A program made the position numbers and the translations under genes. Shown here piece by piece: positions 25,530 through 33,622 of a stretch of DNA of 40,188 bases; the first letter of the stretch is position 1, and every line of letters starts with the position of its first letter. Source of the DNA: Candidatus Wolfebacteria bacterium RIFCSPLOWO2_01_FULL_38_11 (GTDB lineage: Bacteria; Patescibacteriota; Minisyncoccia; UBA6257; UBA9933); assembly GCA_001793825.1 (NCBI GenBank), contig MGIQ01000001.1, positions 1 through 40,188 of the forward strand, read 5' to 3'. Under the pieces are notes generated by a model. The model was not told the DNA's origin, searched no databases, and was given only the letters and a program-made list of their open reading frames with translations.

Positions 25530-25625
25530 GCACGTATTACTACCACTATACTACAGCCCGCTTTTGGTATTGAAATTTTAAGCCAAAAAAATTATATTGT
25601 AAACACGTATTTGAATGAATAAATT

Positions 25626-25697
25626 GCCCTTGTAGCTCAATGGATAGAGCAGTGCTCTTCTAAGGCATTGATGCGGGTTCGATTCCTGCCGAGGGCA
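25626..25697 (+). tRNA. tRNA-Arg(UCU)
   Basis: GCCCTTG/CGAGGGC-A; GTGCT-CT TCT AA-GGCAT; GGTTCGATTCC. Confidence 0.94.
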
Positions 25698-25708
25698 CTT
25701 AAGTATAT

Positions 25709-25780
25709 GCCGCGGTAGCTCAGTGGTAGAGCGAAGGTCTGAAGAACCTTGCGTCGGGTGTTCGATTCACCCCCGCGGCA
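25709..25780 (+). tRNA. tRNA-Phe(GAA)
   Basis: GCCGCGG/CCGCGGC-A; AAGGT-CT GAA GA-ACCTT; GGGTG-TTCGATT-CACCC. Confidence 0.95.
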
Positions 25781-25781
25781 C

Positions 25782-25822
25782 ACAACAAAAACAACTCAAT
25801 GATATTGAGTTGTTTTTGTTGT
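25782..25822. terminator. 19-bp perfect hairpin between tRNA-Phe and convergent pth
   Basis: ACAACAAAAACAACTCAAT-gat-ATTGAGTTGTTTTTGTTGT. Confidence 0.7.
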
Positions 25823-26317
25823 AAATATTTCTTTTACCGCTTTTTCAAAAACTTTCTCTAAGATTCCCCTGTCTTTTTTGCTTATCTTTTTTAGAACAAA
25901 TTCAATTGCCTTTTTCCTGACTACTTTCTTCTTACTACTTACCACTCTAATAGGGCGAATTCCAATTCTCAATCTCCAGAATTTTTTGGTTTTTAATGAT
26001 TTTATAATTGATTCCACTCCATTATGTCCGGCGCTTCCCCGAGCAAAAGCGATTTTATATTTTCCTAATTCAATGTCGGAATCGTCATGGACAATTAAAA
26101 TTCCTTCCGGTTTGGCGCCGGATTTTTTCAGCGCTTTACTGACAAATTTCCCTGATTCATTCATATAAACATCGCTTTTTAAAATTTGGCATTGAATGTC
26201 TGATATTTGATGCGTATTAAGATAGTCAGTAAATAGAAAGCCCGCATTATGGTAGGTATTTTGATATTCTTTCCCCGGATTTCCCAGTCCGATAATAATT
26301 GTGGGCTTGATTTCCAT
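25796..26317 (-). CDS. pth: Peptidyl-tRNA hydrolase
   Basis: GLGNPG..Y..T.HNAGF, YMN.SG, VHDD, GHNG..S, RLRIGI. Confidence 0.95.
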   Translation of the reverse strand: MEIKPTIIIGLGNPGKEYQNTYHNAGFLFTDYLNTHQISDIQCQILKSDVYMNESGKFVSKALKKSGAKPEGILIVHDDSDIELGKYKIAFARGSAGHNGVESIIKSLKTKKFWRLRIGIRPIRVVSSKKKVVRKKAIEFVLKKISKKDRGILEKVFEKAVKEIFTTKTTQYH

Positions 26318-26346
26318 AGTTTTAATTATATAATAAAGTCAAAATT

Positions 26347-26898
26347 ATGAAATCGCTTCTCTACGCCATTTGGGAAACCGTTGAGGTGGCTCTAGTGGCA
26401 ATTGTTTCCGTTTTAATAATCCGATATTTTTTAATCCAACCTTTTTTGGTCAACGGCGCTTCAATGGAGCCGAATTTTCGCGACGGTGATTATCTTTTAA
26501 TAGATGAAGTTTCTTACAAATTTAATAAACCGGAAAGGGGAGAGGTGATAGTTTTCCGCTATCCCGGAGATGAAAGTTTTTTTTACATTAAAAGGATTAT
26601 CGGCCTGCCCAATGAGACAATAGAAATAAGCGATGGCCAGATAAAAATTTCAAACGCAGAAAATCCGAAAGGTTTTACTTTGGAAGAAAAATATTTGCCT
26701 TTTAATTTGGATACCGAGAGTAAAACCAGAAAAATCTCCCTAAAAGACAATGAATATTTTGTAATGGGAGATAACCGCAATTTTAGTTTTGATTCTCGCA
26801 GTTGGGGCCCGCTCGAAGAAAATGAAATTATTGGATTGGTTCGTTTAAGGCTCTGGCCTTTAAATACTGTGATGGCTTTTGAAAAACCGATTTACTAA
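26347..26898 (+). CDS. lepB: Signal peptidase I
   Basis: G.SMEP, YIKRIIGLP, GDNR..S.DSR.WG. Confidence 0.96.
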   Translation: MKSLLYAIWETVEVALVAIVSVLIIRYFLIQPFLVNGASMEPNFRDGDYLLIDEVSYKFNKPERGEVIVFRYPGDESFFYIKRIIGLPNETIEISDGQIKISNAENPKGFTLEEKYLPFNLDTESKTRKISLKDNEYFVMGDNRNFSFDSRSWGPLEENEIIGLVRLRLWPLNTVMAFEKPIY

Positions 26899-26902
26899 AA
26901 AT

Positions 26903-28207
26903 ATGGCGAAAAAATCCCCCAAAAATAAATCTGTCAAAGGCAAAATTCTGCCTCAATCTCCAAAAGGCATGCATGATATTTTGCCGGAAGAACAGCCTCG
27001 TTGGGAAAAAATCCGCGGCATGCTTTATAAAATCGCCGACGCTTTTAATTTTTTAAGGATTGACACGCCGATTATGGAAAGGGCCGAAATTTTTGAACGC
27101 AGCGGAGAAGCGACTGATTTAGTGGAAAAGCAAATGTATTTTGTAAAGACCAAGGGTGAAGACCGCTTTGTTCTGCGGCCCGAGGCAACCGCTTCAATAA
27201 TGAGGGCGTATTTTCAAAACGGACTCAGTAAAATTTCCCAACCATTAAAACTTTTCTACATCGGCCCGATGTTTCGCTATGAACAGCCGCAGGCCGGCCG
27301 TTTCCGCCAATTTCATCAGATTGGTTTCGAGATAATCGGCGATGAAGACGATTCTATTTATGATGCCCAAATTATTTTGGCCTCTTTCCGGCTGATCGAA
27401 GAATTAAAAATAAAAAATCTTATAATCCAGATTAACAGCATCGGCTGTCGGCAATGCCGCCATGCTTACATAAAAAAATTGGAGGAATATTATAAAAACA
27501 AACAAGATGAAATCTGCAAAAACTGCCGCCAAAGATTGGCTACTCGGCCTCTGCGCTTGCTTGATTGCAAGGAAGAAAAATGCCAGCCGATAAAAATGGA
27601 AGCGCCGCTTATTGTTGATAAACTTTGCAATAATTGTAAAAGGCAATTCAAATCAACCTTGGAATATTTAGACAGCCTTTCTTTGCCTTATAGTCTTAAT
27701 CCTTATCTTGTCAGAGGCCTTGATTATTACAATGGCGTTGTTTTTGAAATTATTTCAGAAGTTCCTGAATTAAATTTCGCGTTGGCTGCCGGCGGCCGCT
27801 ATGATTATCTTTCGGAAATGCTCGGCGAAAAAAAGGTTTGTGCAGTGGGTTCGGCCGTTGGCATTGAGCGTTTAATAGAAGCAATGAGGTTTTATGATAT
27901 TCCGGGCCAATTACGAAATGAAGCAAAAGTATTTTTGGCTTATATTGGAGAAGAAGCCAAGAAAAAAAGCCTTTTTGTTATTGAAGAATTAAGAAAAGCC
28001 GGCATTAAAACCATTGAATCTTTTATTAAGGAATCATTAAAATCCCAACTTAGAGTAGCTGATAAAAAAGAGGTAAAAATTACTTTGATTTTCGGCCAAA
28101 AAGAAGTTTTTGAAGAGTCGGTGATTATTAGGAATATGGAAACAGGCAATCAGGAGACAGTTCCTTTAATTAGAGTTGTTGAAGAAGTTAAAAGAAGACT
28201 GCATTAA
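26903..28207 (+). CDS. hisS: Histidyl-tRNA synthetase
   Basis: PKGM.D, LRPE.TA, FRYE.PQAGR.RQFHQ, LVRGLDYY, GGRYD; ATG at 26903. Confidence 0.97.
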   Translation: MAKKSPKNKSVKGKILPQSPKGMHDILPEEQPRWEKIRGMLYKIADAFNFLRIDTPIMERAEIFERSGEATDLVEKQMYFVKTKGEDRFVLRPEATASIMRAYFQNGLSKISQPLKLFYIGPMFRYEQPQAGRFRQFHQIGFEIIGDEDDSIYDAQIILASFRLIEELKIKNLIIQINSIGCRQCRHAYIKKLEEYYKNKQDEICKNCRQRLATRPLRLLDCKEEKCQPIKMEAPLIVDKLCNNCKRQFKSTLEYLDSLSLPYSLNPYLVRGLDYYNGVVFEIISEVPELNFALAAGGRYDYLSEMLGEKKVCAVGSAVGIERLIEAMRFYDIPGQLRNEAKVFLAYIGEEAKKKSLFVIEELRKAGIKTIESFIKESLKSQLRVADKKEVKITLIFGQKEVFEESVIIRNMETGNQETVPLIRVVEEVKRRLH

Positions 28208-28215
28208 ATTGAATT

Positions 28216-28569
28216 ATGGCCGATTGCGTATTTTGCAAAATCATAAATAAAGAAATACCGGCGGAAATTATCTATGAAGATAATGAAATGATTGCCTTCA
28301 AAGATATTAATCCATCGGCACCCTTGCATTATTTAATTGTCCCTAAAGAGCACATTCAATCAATAATGAGTTTGGAAAATAATCATGGAGAAATAATTTC
28401 TAAAATAATTTTTACTGCCAAAAAAGTCGCTGAAAAAGCCGGCCTTAAAGGCTATAAATTAGTTTTTAATGTCGGCCGGGAAGGAGGGCAAATTATAAAT
28501 CATTTGCACTTGCATTTGCTTGGCGGTTGGACAAAACAGAGCGACATTGATTTAATGCCTCATCCATAG
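28216..28569 (+). CDS. Histidine triad (HINT-like) protein
   Basis: CVFCKI, F.DI.P, HLHLHLLGG. Confidence 0.95.
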   Translation: MADCVFCKIINKEIPAEIIYEDNEMIAFKDINPSAPLHYLIVPKEHIQSIMSLENNHGEIISKIIFTAKKVAEKAGLKGYKLVFNVGREGGQIINHLHLHLLGGWTKQSDIDLMPHP

Positions 28570-28651
28570 ACCCCTATCCCCATATTAATCTGCCTTGATC
28601 TATTTCATTTTGGCTAACAACGCGTCTAGAGGTTAATATGAGGATAGGGTC
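28569..28651. repeat. ~22-bp imperfect inverted repeat around a ~40-nt spacer (MITE/IS-scar-like)
   Basis: GACCCCTATCCCCATATTAATC ... GGTTAATATGAGGATAGGGTC. Confidence 0.6.
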
Positions 28652-28691
28652 ACTGGACAAATAAATAAATCAGCAATATACTGATTCAATT

Positions 28692-28904
28692 ATGATTGAA
28701 GTTAAAAGAAAAGAAGGCGAATCAATCAACGCATTCTTATATCGCTTTACCACCAAAATAAAACAAAGCGGCATTTTGATTGAAGCGAAAAAACGGCGCT
28801 ATCGCAATCGGCCGGTCAGTAAAATTAAAAGAAAACTCTCAGCCCTTCATCGCGAACAAAAGAAAAAAGAATTCAGGAAAGCTAGAAAAATGGGTCTTGC
28901 CTAA
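28692..28904 (+). CDS. rpsU: 30S ribosomal protein S21
   Basis: V..KEGES...L.RF...K.SG.L.E.K.R; small and basic; HIT-rpsU-yqeY synteny. Confidence 0.85.
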   Translation: MIEVKRKEGESINAFLYRFTTKIKQSGILIEAKKRRYRNRPVSKIKRKLSALHREQKKKEFRKARKMGLA

Positions 28905-28913
28905 ATTTTCTTT

Positions 28914-29375
28914 ATGACTCTTGTAGAGCAAATAAACAGCGACTTAAAAGAATTCTTAAAAGCCGGCAAATCTTTCGAAGCCGGCGTTTTAAGAATGATT
29001 ATTGCGTCTTTCAAAAATAAAGAAATAGAAAAAAGGGGAAATGGCCAGGACATAAATCTTTCCCAAGAAGAAGTAATTGATATTCTGGCAAAAGAATATA
29101 AAAAAAGGAAAGAGGCAATGGAGATTTATACTGGGGCCGGCCGCGCCAATTTGGCCGAAAAAGAAAAGCAAGAAACGGAAATAATAAAAAATTATCTGCC
29201 CGAGCAAATGAGCGCTCCAGAGATAGAAAAATCAGTTATGGAAATAATTGAAAAACTCGGCGCCTCCGGACAAAAAGATTTCGGGAAAGTTATGGGGCAA
29301 GCGGTAAAAGAATTAAAAGGCAAAGCCGATTCAGCTGTAATCAGCGAAATTGTCAAAACCAAACTTGGAAATTGA
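28914..29375 (+). CDS. GatB/YqeY domain protein
   Basis: K.RKEA...Y..AGR..LAEKE..E...YLPEQ, GKVMG...KGKAD. Confidence 0.93.
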   Translation: MTLVEQINSDLKEFLKAGKSFEAGVLRMIIASFKNKEIEKRGNGQDINLSQEEVIDILAKEYKKRKEAMEIYTGAGRANLAEKEKQETEIIKNYLPEQMSAPEIEKSVMEIIEKLGASGQKDFGKVMGQAVKELKGKADSAVISEIVKTKLGN

Positions 29376-29379
29376 TAAA

Positions 29380-29799
29380 ATGAAAAATCGAGCAGTAGTT
29401 GCCAGTTTGGATAAGAGATTTAATAAACAAAAGGATAAAATCAGAAAAGCATCTCTAGAAATTCTGAAAATCCTAAACCAAAAAAGCGTCTTGGTTGAAA
29501 TTTATTTGGCTAGCGGCGCAAAAATGCGGATTTTAAACAGAAGATTTAAGGGAAAAGACAAGCCCACCGACATTTTAAGCTTTCCCGAGCCGAGAAACTT
29601 CCCTCATCCGGGGTTAAAATTAAGAAATCTTGGAGAAATTTATCTTTATTTAGATTATTTTCGGAAAAATCTGGTGAGACATGATTACCGTTATTTATTA
29701 ACTCATGGCATTCTTCATTTGCTTGGTTATGACCATAAGAAAAAAAATGATAGAATTAAAATGAATAAAAAAGAGCAATTGGTGATTAAAAAATTATGA
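29380..29799 (+). CDS. ybeY: rRNA maturation endoribonuclease YbeY
   Basis: LN..F.GKDKPTDILSF, HGILHLLGYDH; ATG at 29380. Confidence 0.93.
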   Translation: MKNRAVVASLDKRFNKQKDKIRKASLEILKILNQKSVLVEIYLASGAKMRILNRRFKGKDKPTDILSFPEPRNFPHPGLKLRNLGEIYLYLDYFRKNLVRHDYRYLLTHGILHLLGYDHKKKNDRIKMNKKEQLVIKKL

Positions 29800-31052
29800 A
29801 TTTTGCCATTTTAGATATCGGTTCTTATCAAATAAAATCATTAGTGGCTGAACTAAATAGAGACGGCAAATTATCTTTGCGGGATATTTTTAAAGAAATT
29901 TCTACAGGCATTCGCCGAGGGGAAATTATCGATAATAACGACGTCATTGTTTCGCTCGAGAAAATTTTTAAAAGAATAAAGGAAAATAACAGATTAGCCC
30001 TTAAAAATGTTTTTGTTAATGTTGGCGGAAGTAATATTCGCTGCCAAAATTCCAAAGGCATTGTGGCGGTTTCCCGCGCTGATAATGAAATTTCTCAAGA
30101 AGATATTGATCGTGTCGTTAAGGCTTCTCAAGCCATCAAGCTTCCGCCTAATCGGATGATTATGCATGCCATTACTCAGGAATTCGTTGTTGACGGAATA
30201 GGCGACATTAGAGAACCTCTGGGAATGAACGGCACGCGCTTAGAGGTCAACAGTTTGATTATTGATGCATTTTCTCCGAATGTAAAAAATATTTTAAATA
30301 CTTTGGAAAAACTTGGAGCGAGTGTCAGCGGATTGATTTATAATCCGTTGGCTGCCAGCCGTTCAGTTTTAACAAAACACCAGAAAGATCTTGGAACAGT
30401 CTTAATTGATATTGGTTTTGGCACAACTTCAATGAGCGTTTATGAAGAAGGTAAGCTTTTGCATATTGCCAGCTTTCCGATTGGTTCCGGCAACATTACT
30501 AGAGATTTGGCAATTGGTTTGAAATGTTCAATGAAATTGGCTGAGCTTATTAAAATAGTTTTCGGCCGCGCCATTACTAATAATATTTCTAATAAAGAAA
30601 AAATCACGGCAGAACTTATTGAAGAGAAAAGCGGCATTGACGTGGCTGACCTTGACAAGAATTTTAAAGCCAATGTTTCCAGCCGCTTTGTCGCTGAAAT
30701 AATCGAAAGCCGCTTGTCGGAAATTTTTGAACTTATCAATGGCGAGCTTAAAGCAATTCATCGTTTTGGCCAATTGCCCGGCGGCGCTATTATTTGCGGC
30801 GGGGGGGCAAAAATGCCGGAGATTGTTAATTTGGCAAAAAGCGAATTAAAATTAATGTCGGAAATCGGTTTTCCGGAAACTGATAATTTTGAAATTATTC
30901 AGCCGGATATCTCGAATCAGATCAATGATCCGGAATTTGCCACTGCTTTGGGTTTGCTCTATTGGGCATTGGATCAAAATTTTAAAGACAATAATTGGTC
31001 CTCTGGCGAAAGAATTTCCTTAAAGAAAATTTTTAAATACTTTATGCCTTAA
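29796..31052 (+). CDS. ftsA: Cell division protein FtsA
   Basis: LDIGS, DIGFGTT, GGGA, ATALGL actin-like motifs. Confidence 0.95.
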   Translation: MNFAILDIGSYQIKSLVAELNRDGKLSLRDIFKEISTGIRRGEIIDNNDVIVSLEKIFKRIKENNRLALKNVFVNVGGSNIRCQNSKGIVAVSRADNEISQEDIDRVVKASQAIKLPPNRMIMHAITQEFVVDGIGDIREPLGMNGTRLEVNSLIIDAFSPNVKNILNTLEKLGASVSGLIYNPLAASRSVLTKHQKDLGTVLIDIGFGTTSMSVYEEGKLLHIASFPIGSGNITRDLAIGLKCSMKLAELIKIVFGRAITNNISNKEKITAELIEEKSGIDVADLDKNFKANVSSRFVAEIIESRLSEIFELINGELKAIHRFGQLPGGAIICGGGAKMPEIVNLAKSELKLMSEIGFPETDNFEIIQPDISNQINDPEFATALGLLYWALDQNFKDNNWSSGERISLKKIFKYFMP

Positions 31053-31115
31053 TGGCAAAATAGCTGTCCTATAAGCAATCTTTACAAAAATCCTAAAAAT
31101 TGTATACTTTAATAA

Positions 31116-31775
31116 ATGGCTAATATGATTCCTAGAATTTTTCAACAATTTACTTATTGGCCGACTTATTTGGCTTTGCGGATTTTATTTGATTATAAGA
31201 TTGAAGGTTGGGAAAATATCAGGGGTTTGGAAGAAAAAGGAGTGATTTTTGCTTCAAATCACGCTAGCTACATTGACGGCCCGATTTGCGCCGCTTCTAT
31301 GCCGCGGGAAAGTTTACTGCCAAAAAGATTCTTCCCTGTGAGATTCATCATTGTTGATGAATATTATAGGTGGAATAATCCATTCCCGTTTCCGTTCTCA
31401 ATTTTTTCCGCCGCCTATGTCAGAATAAATGGCAGTGTTCCGGTCACCAGGGGCTTGAATAACCTTCAGGAGAACCTTGCTAAAGCTGTTGAGATTGTTA
31501 AAAAGGGTGAAAAACTCTGGATTTTTCCCGAAGGAAAATTCACCAAAGACGGCCGGCTCCAGCCCGGTAAAAAAGGCGTGGCTTATCTTCATCAGGAAAC
31601 CAAGGCGCCAATTGTGCCGGTTGGCATTATTGGAAACTATAAAATTCTCTCTTTTAAAAGCCTTTTTAGTAAAAATCGGCTTAAAATAAGGATTGGCAAG
31701 CCGATTTATTCGCTTGATTCAGACTTAGAAAAAGGCGTGCAAACAATAATGTCGGAAATCGCCAGACTTCTCTAA
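31116..31775 (+). CDS. Lysophospholipid acyltransferase (PlsC family)
   Basis: NHASYID, IFPEG, PIVPV.I.G. Confidence 0.9.
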   Translation: MANMIPRIFQQFTYWPTYLALRILFDYKIEGWENIRGLEEKGVIFASNHASYIDGPICAASMPRESLLPKRFFPVRFIIVDEYYRWNNPFPFPFSIFSAAYVRINGSVPVTRGLNNLQENLAKAVEIVKKGEKLWIFPEGKFTKDGRLQPGKKGVAYLHQETKAPIVPVGIIGNYKILSFKSLFSKNRLKIRIGKPIYSLDSDLEKGVQTIMSEIARLL

Positions 31776-31904
31776 AATGTCCTTGCCAGCCCCTTAAGGG
31801 CTATTTATTTTTTAACGGGATTTGTATAATTATGGTATAAAGCTTGGTTTGCAAACCAATCGTATTTGCCCTATCATATATTTAAATTTTAAGCTTAAAA
31901 TAAA

Positions 31905-32315
31905 ATGTTTTTTAAATCCAAAAAAGAAAATTTAAAACCGAAAGTTGTAATTATTGACGATGAAGTGTCCTTCTTGAGTATTTTTTCAACTGCCCTAAAC
32001 AATGCCGGATTTGAAACAAAAAGTTTTTCCAGCTCCAAAGAAGCTTTAAAAGATATTGTCGGAGAGAATCCCGATTTGATTCTTTTAGACATTTCCATGC
32101 CTGAAATGGACGGCTTTCAGTTTTTTGAATACCTTAAAAAAGATTTTGGGAGCAAAATGCCGAAAGTTATATTTTTAACTAACCTCGGTGAAACCGTTTC
32201 CGGCACTGCTGTTGACAATCATTTTGCGAAATCAATCGGCGCTTCCGGTTATTTTCATAAATCAGACGATCTAAATAATATTGTCAGCAAAATTAAAGAC
32301 GCGCTTCAAAATTAA
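31905..32315 (+). CDS. Single-domain response regulator (receiver)
   Basis: IIDDE, PDLILLDISMPEMDG, LTN, GA..Y..K. Confidence 0.92.
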   Translation: MFFKSKKENLKPKVVIIDDEVSFLSIFSTALNNAGFETKSFSSSKEALKDIVGENPDLILLDISMPEMDGFQFFEYLKKDFGSKMPKVIFLTNLGETVSGTAVDNHFAKSIGASGYFHKSDDLNNIVSKIKDALQN

Positions 32316-32323
32316 TTATAAAA

Positions 32324-33544
32324 ATGAAAAAGAGGCGGCCAAAAGCAAAAAAAATAAAAAGAATTTCTAAAGTAAAAACAAAATCTCCAAAGCCAAGACA
32401 AAAAGCAGCGGAGAATTTTTTACCCAGAATAAAAGTTGTTGGCGTTGGCGGCTCCGGCGGAAATGCCGTCACCAGAATGAGCAATGACTCTATTAAAGGA
32501 GTTGAACTCATTGCGATTAATACCGACATTCAGGATTTAAATTATTGTTCCGCCAGAAAAAAAATTTGTATCGGCCGGAATCTTACCAAAGGAATGGGCA
32601 CTGGCATGGATCCGGAACTTGGCCGCCGGGCTGCCGAAGAAAGTCAATCGGAAATCGCGCAGGCGCTTGAAGGCGCGGATATGATTTTTTTGACTGCTGG
32701 TTTTGGCGGCGGCACAGGCACCGGAGCTCTGCCGGTCATCGCCGAAATTGCCAGAGAAATGAATATTCTCACGCTCGCGGTTGTTACCAAACCTTTTGTT
32801 TTTGAAGGGTATGAAAGAATGAGAATTGCCGAAGAAGGAATGTCTAGGATAAAAGACAAAGTTGACACTTTAATCACTATTCCCAATGACCGCATTTTCT
32901 CCATAATCAATAAAAACACCTCGTTGCTTAAAGCTTTTGAAGAGATTGATGAAATATTAAAAAATGCTGTTTTAGGCATTGCTGAATTAATCTCCACTCC
33001 GGGTATAATTAATATTGATTTTGCCGATGTTAAATCAATAGTTCAGAATGCCGGATTAGCCATTATTGCCAATGGAGTTGCTTCTGGGAATGATCGGGCA
33101 CTTAATGCCGCTAACCAAGCCACCAATTCTCCTCTTTTAGATATTTCCATCAGCGGCGCCAAAAGAGTGCTCTTTTCCATCTCTGGACATCGCGATTTGA
33201 AAATGAGTGAGATAAACGATATTGCCAAAATGATTTCCGAACAAGTTAACCCTTCCGCCAGAATAATTTTTGGCGCTCACCATGACCGGAAATTGAAAAA
33301 AGGAGAATTAAAGATAACATTGGTAGCCACGGGATTTGGCAATGATTTAAAAAGAGATTCAACATCTTTGCCTAATTTGTTTATCTCCGAACTTGGCCGT
33401 TTTTCTGAAGAATCAAAAGAGCCGGCATCTTCAAAATCAGCTAAGCACGGCGAAAAAGATAAAAAAGAAGATAAAGAAACAAAAGTAGAAGATATCTGGG
33501 ATATCCCTGCGTTTTTAAGAAAAAAAGGGAACAAGCGACACTAA
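32324..33544 (+). CDS. ftsZ: Cell division protein FtsZ
   Basis: GVGGSGGNA, GGGTGTG, NIDFAD, C-terminal DIPAFLR. Confidence 0.98.
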   Translation: MKKRRPKAKKIKRISKVKTKSPKPRQKAAENFLPRIKVVGVGGSGGNAVTRMSNDSIKGVELIAINTDIQDLNYCSARKKICIGRNLTKGMGTGMDPELGRRAAEESQSEIAQALEGADMIFLTAGFGGGTGTGALPVIAEIAREMNILTLAVVTKPFVFEGYERMRIAEEGMSRIKDKVDTLITIPNDRIFSIINKNTSLLKAFEEIDEILKNAVLGIAELISTPGIINIDFADVKSIVQNAGLAIIANGVASGNDRALNAANQATNSPLLDISISGAKRVLFSISGHRDLKMSEINDIAKMISEQVNPSARIIFGAHHDRKLKKGELKITLVATGFGNDLKRDSTSLPNLFISELGRFSEESKEPASSKSAKHGEKDKKEDKETKVEDIWDIPAFLRKKGNKRH

Positions 33545-33546
33545 TA

Positions 33547-33601
33547 TGCGAATATACACGAATCATTAACAATGAATTCGTATTATTCGCGTGTATTCGC
33601 A
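33547..33601. repeat. Hairpin built from short CGAAT/ATTCG tandem units
   Basis: TGCGAATATACACGAAT ... ATTCGCGTGTATTCGCA. Confidence 0.65.
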
Positions 33602-33622
33602 GATTGGCGTCGTTAAATTATC

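Larger units (their letters stand above)
25337..25560 (-). pseudogene. Outer tRNA-Pro(UGG) split into three pieces by two insertions (pseudogene or spliced)
   Basis: Joining 25560-25530 + 25412-25406 + 25370-25337 gives CGGGCTG TA GTATAGTGGTAGTAAT A CGTGC TTTGGGA GCACG AGGT CCGAG TTCAATT CTCGG CAGCCCG A, a full cloverleaf. Confidence 0.85.
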
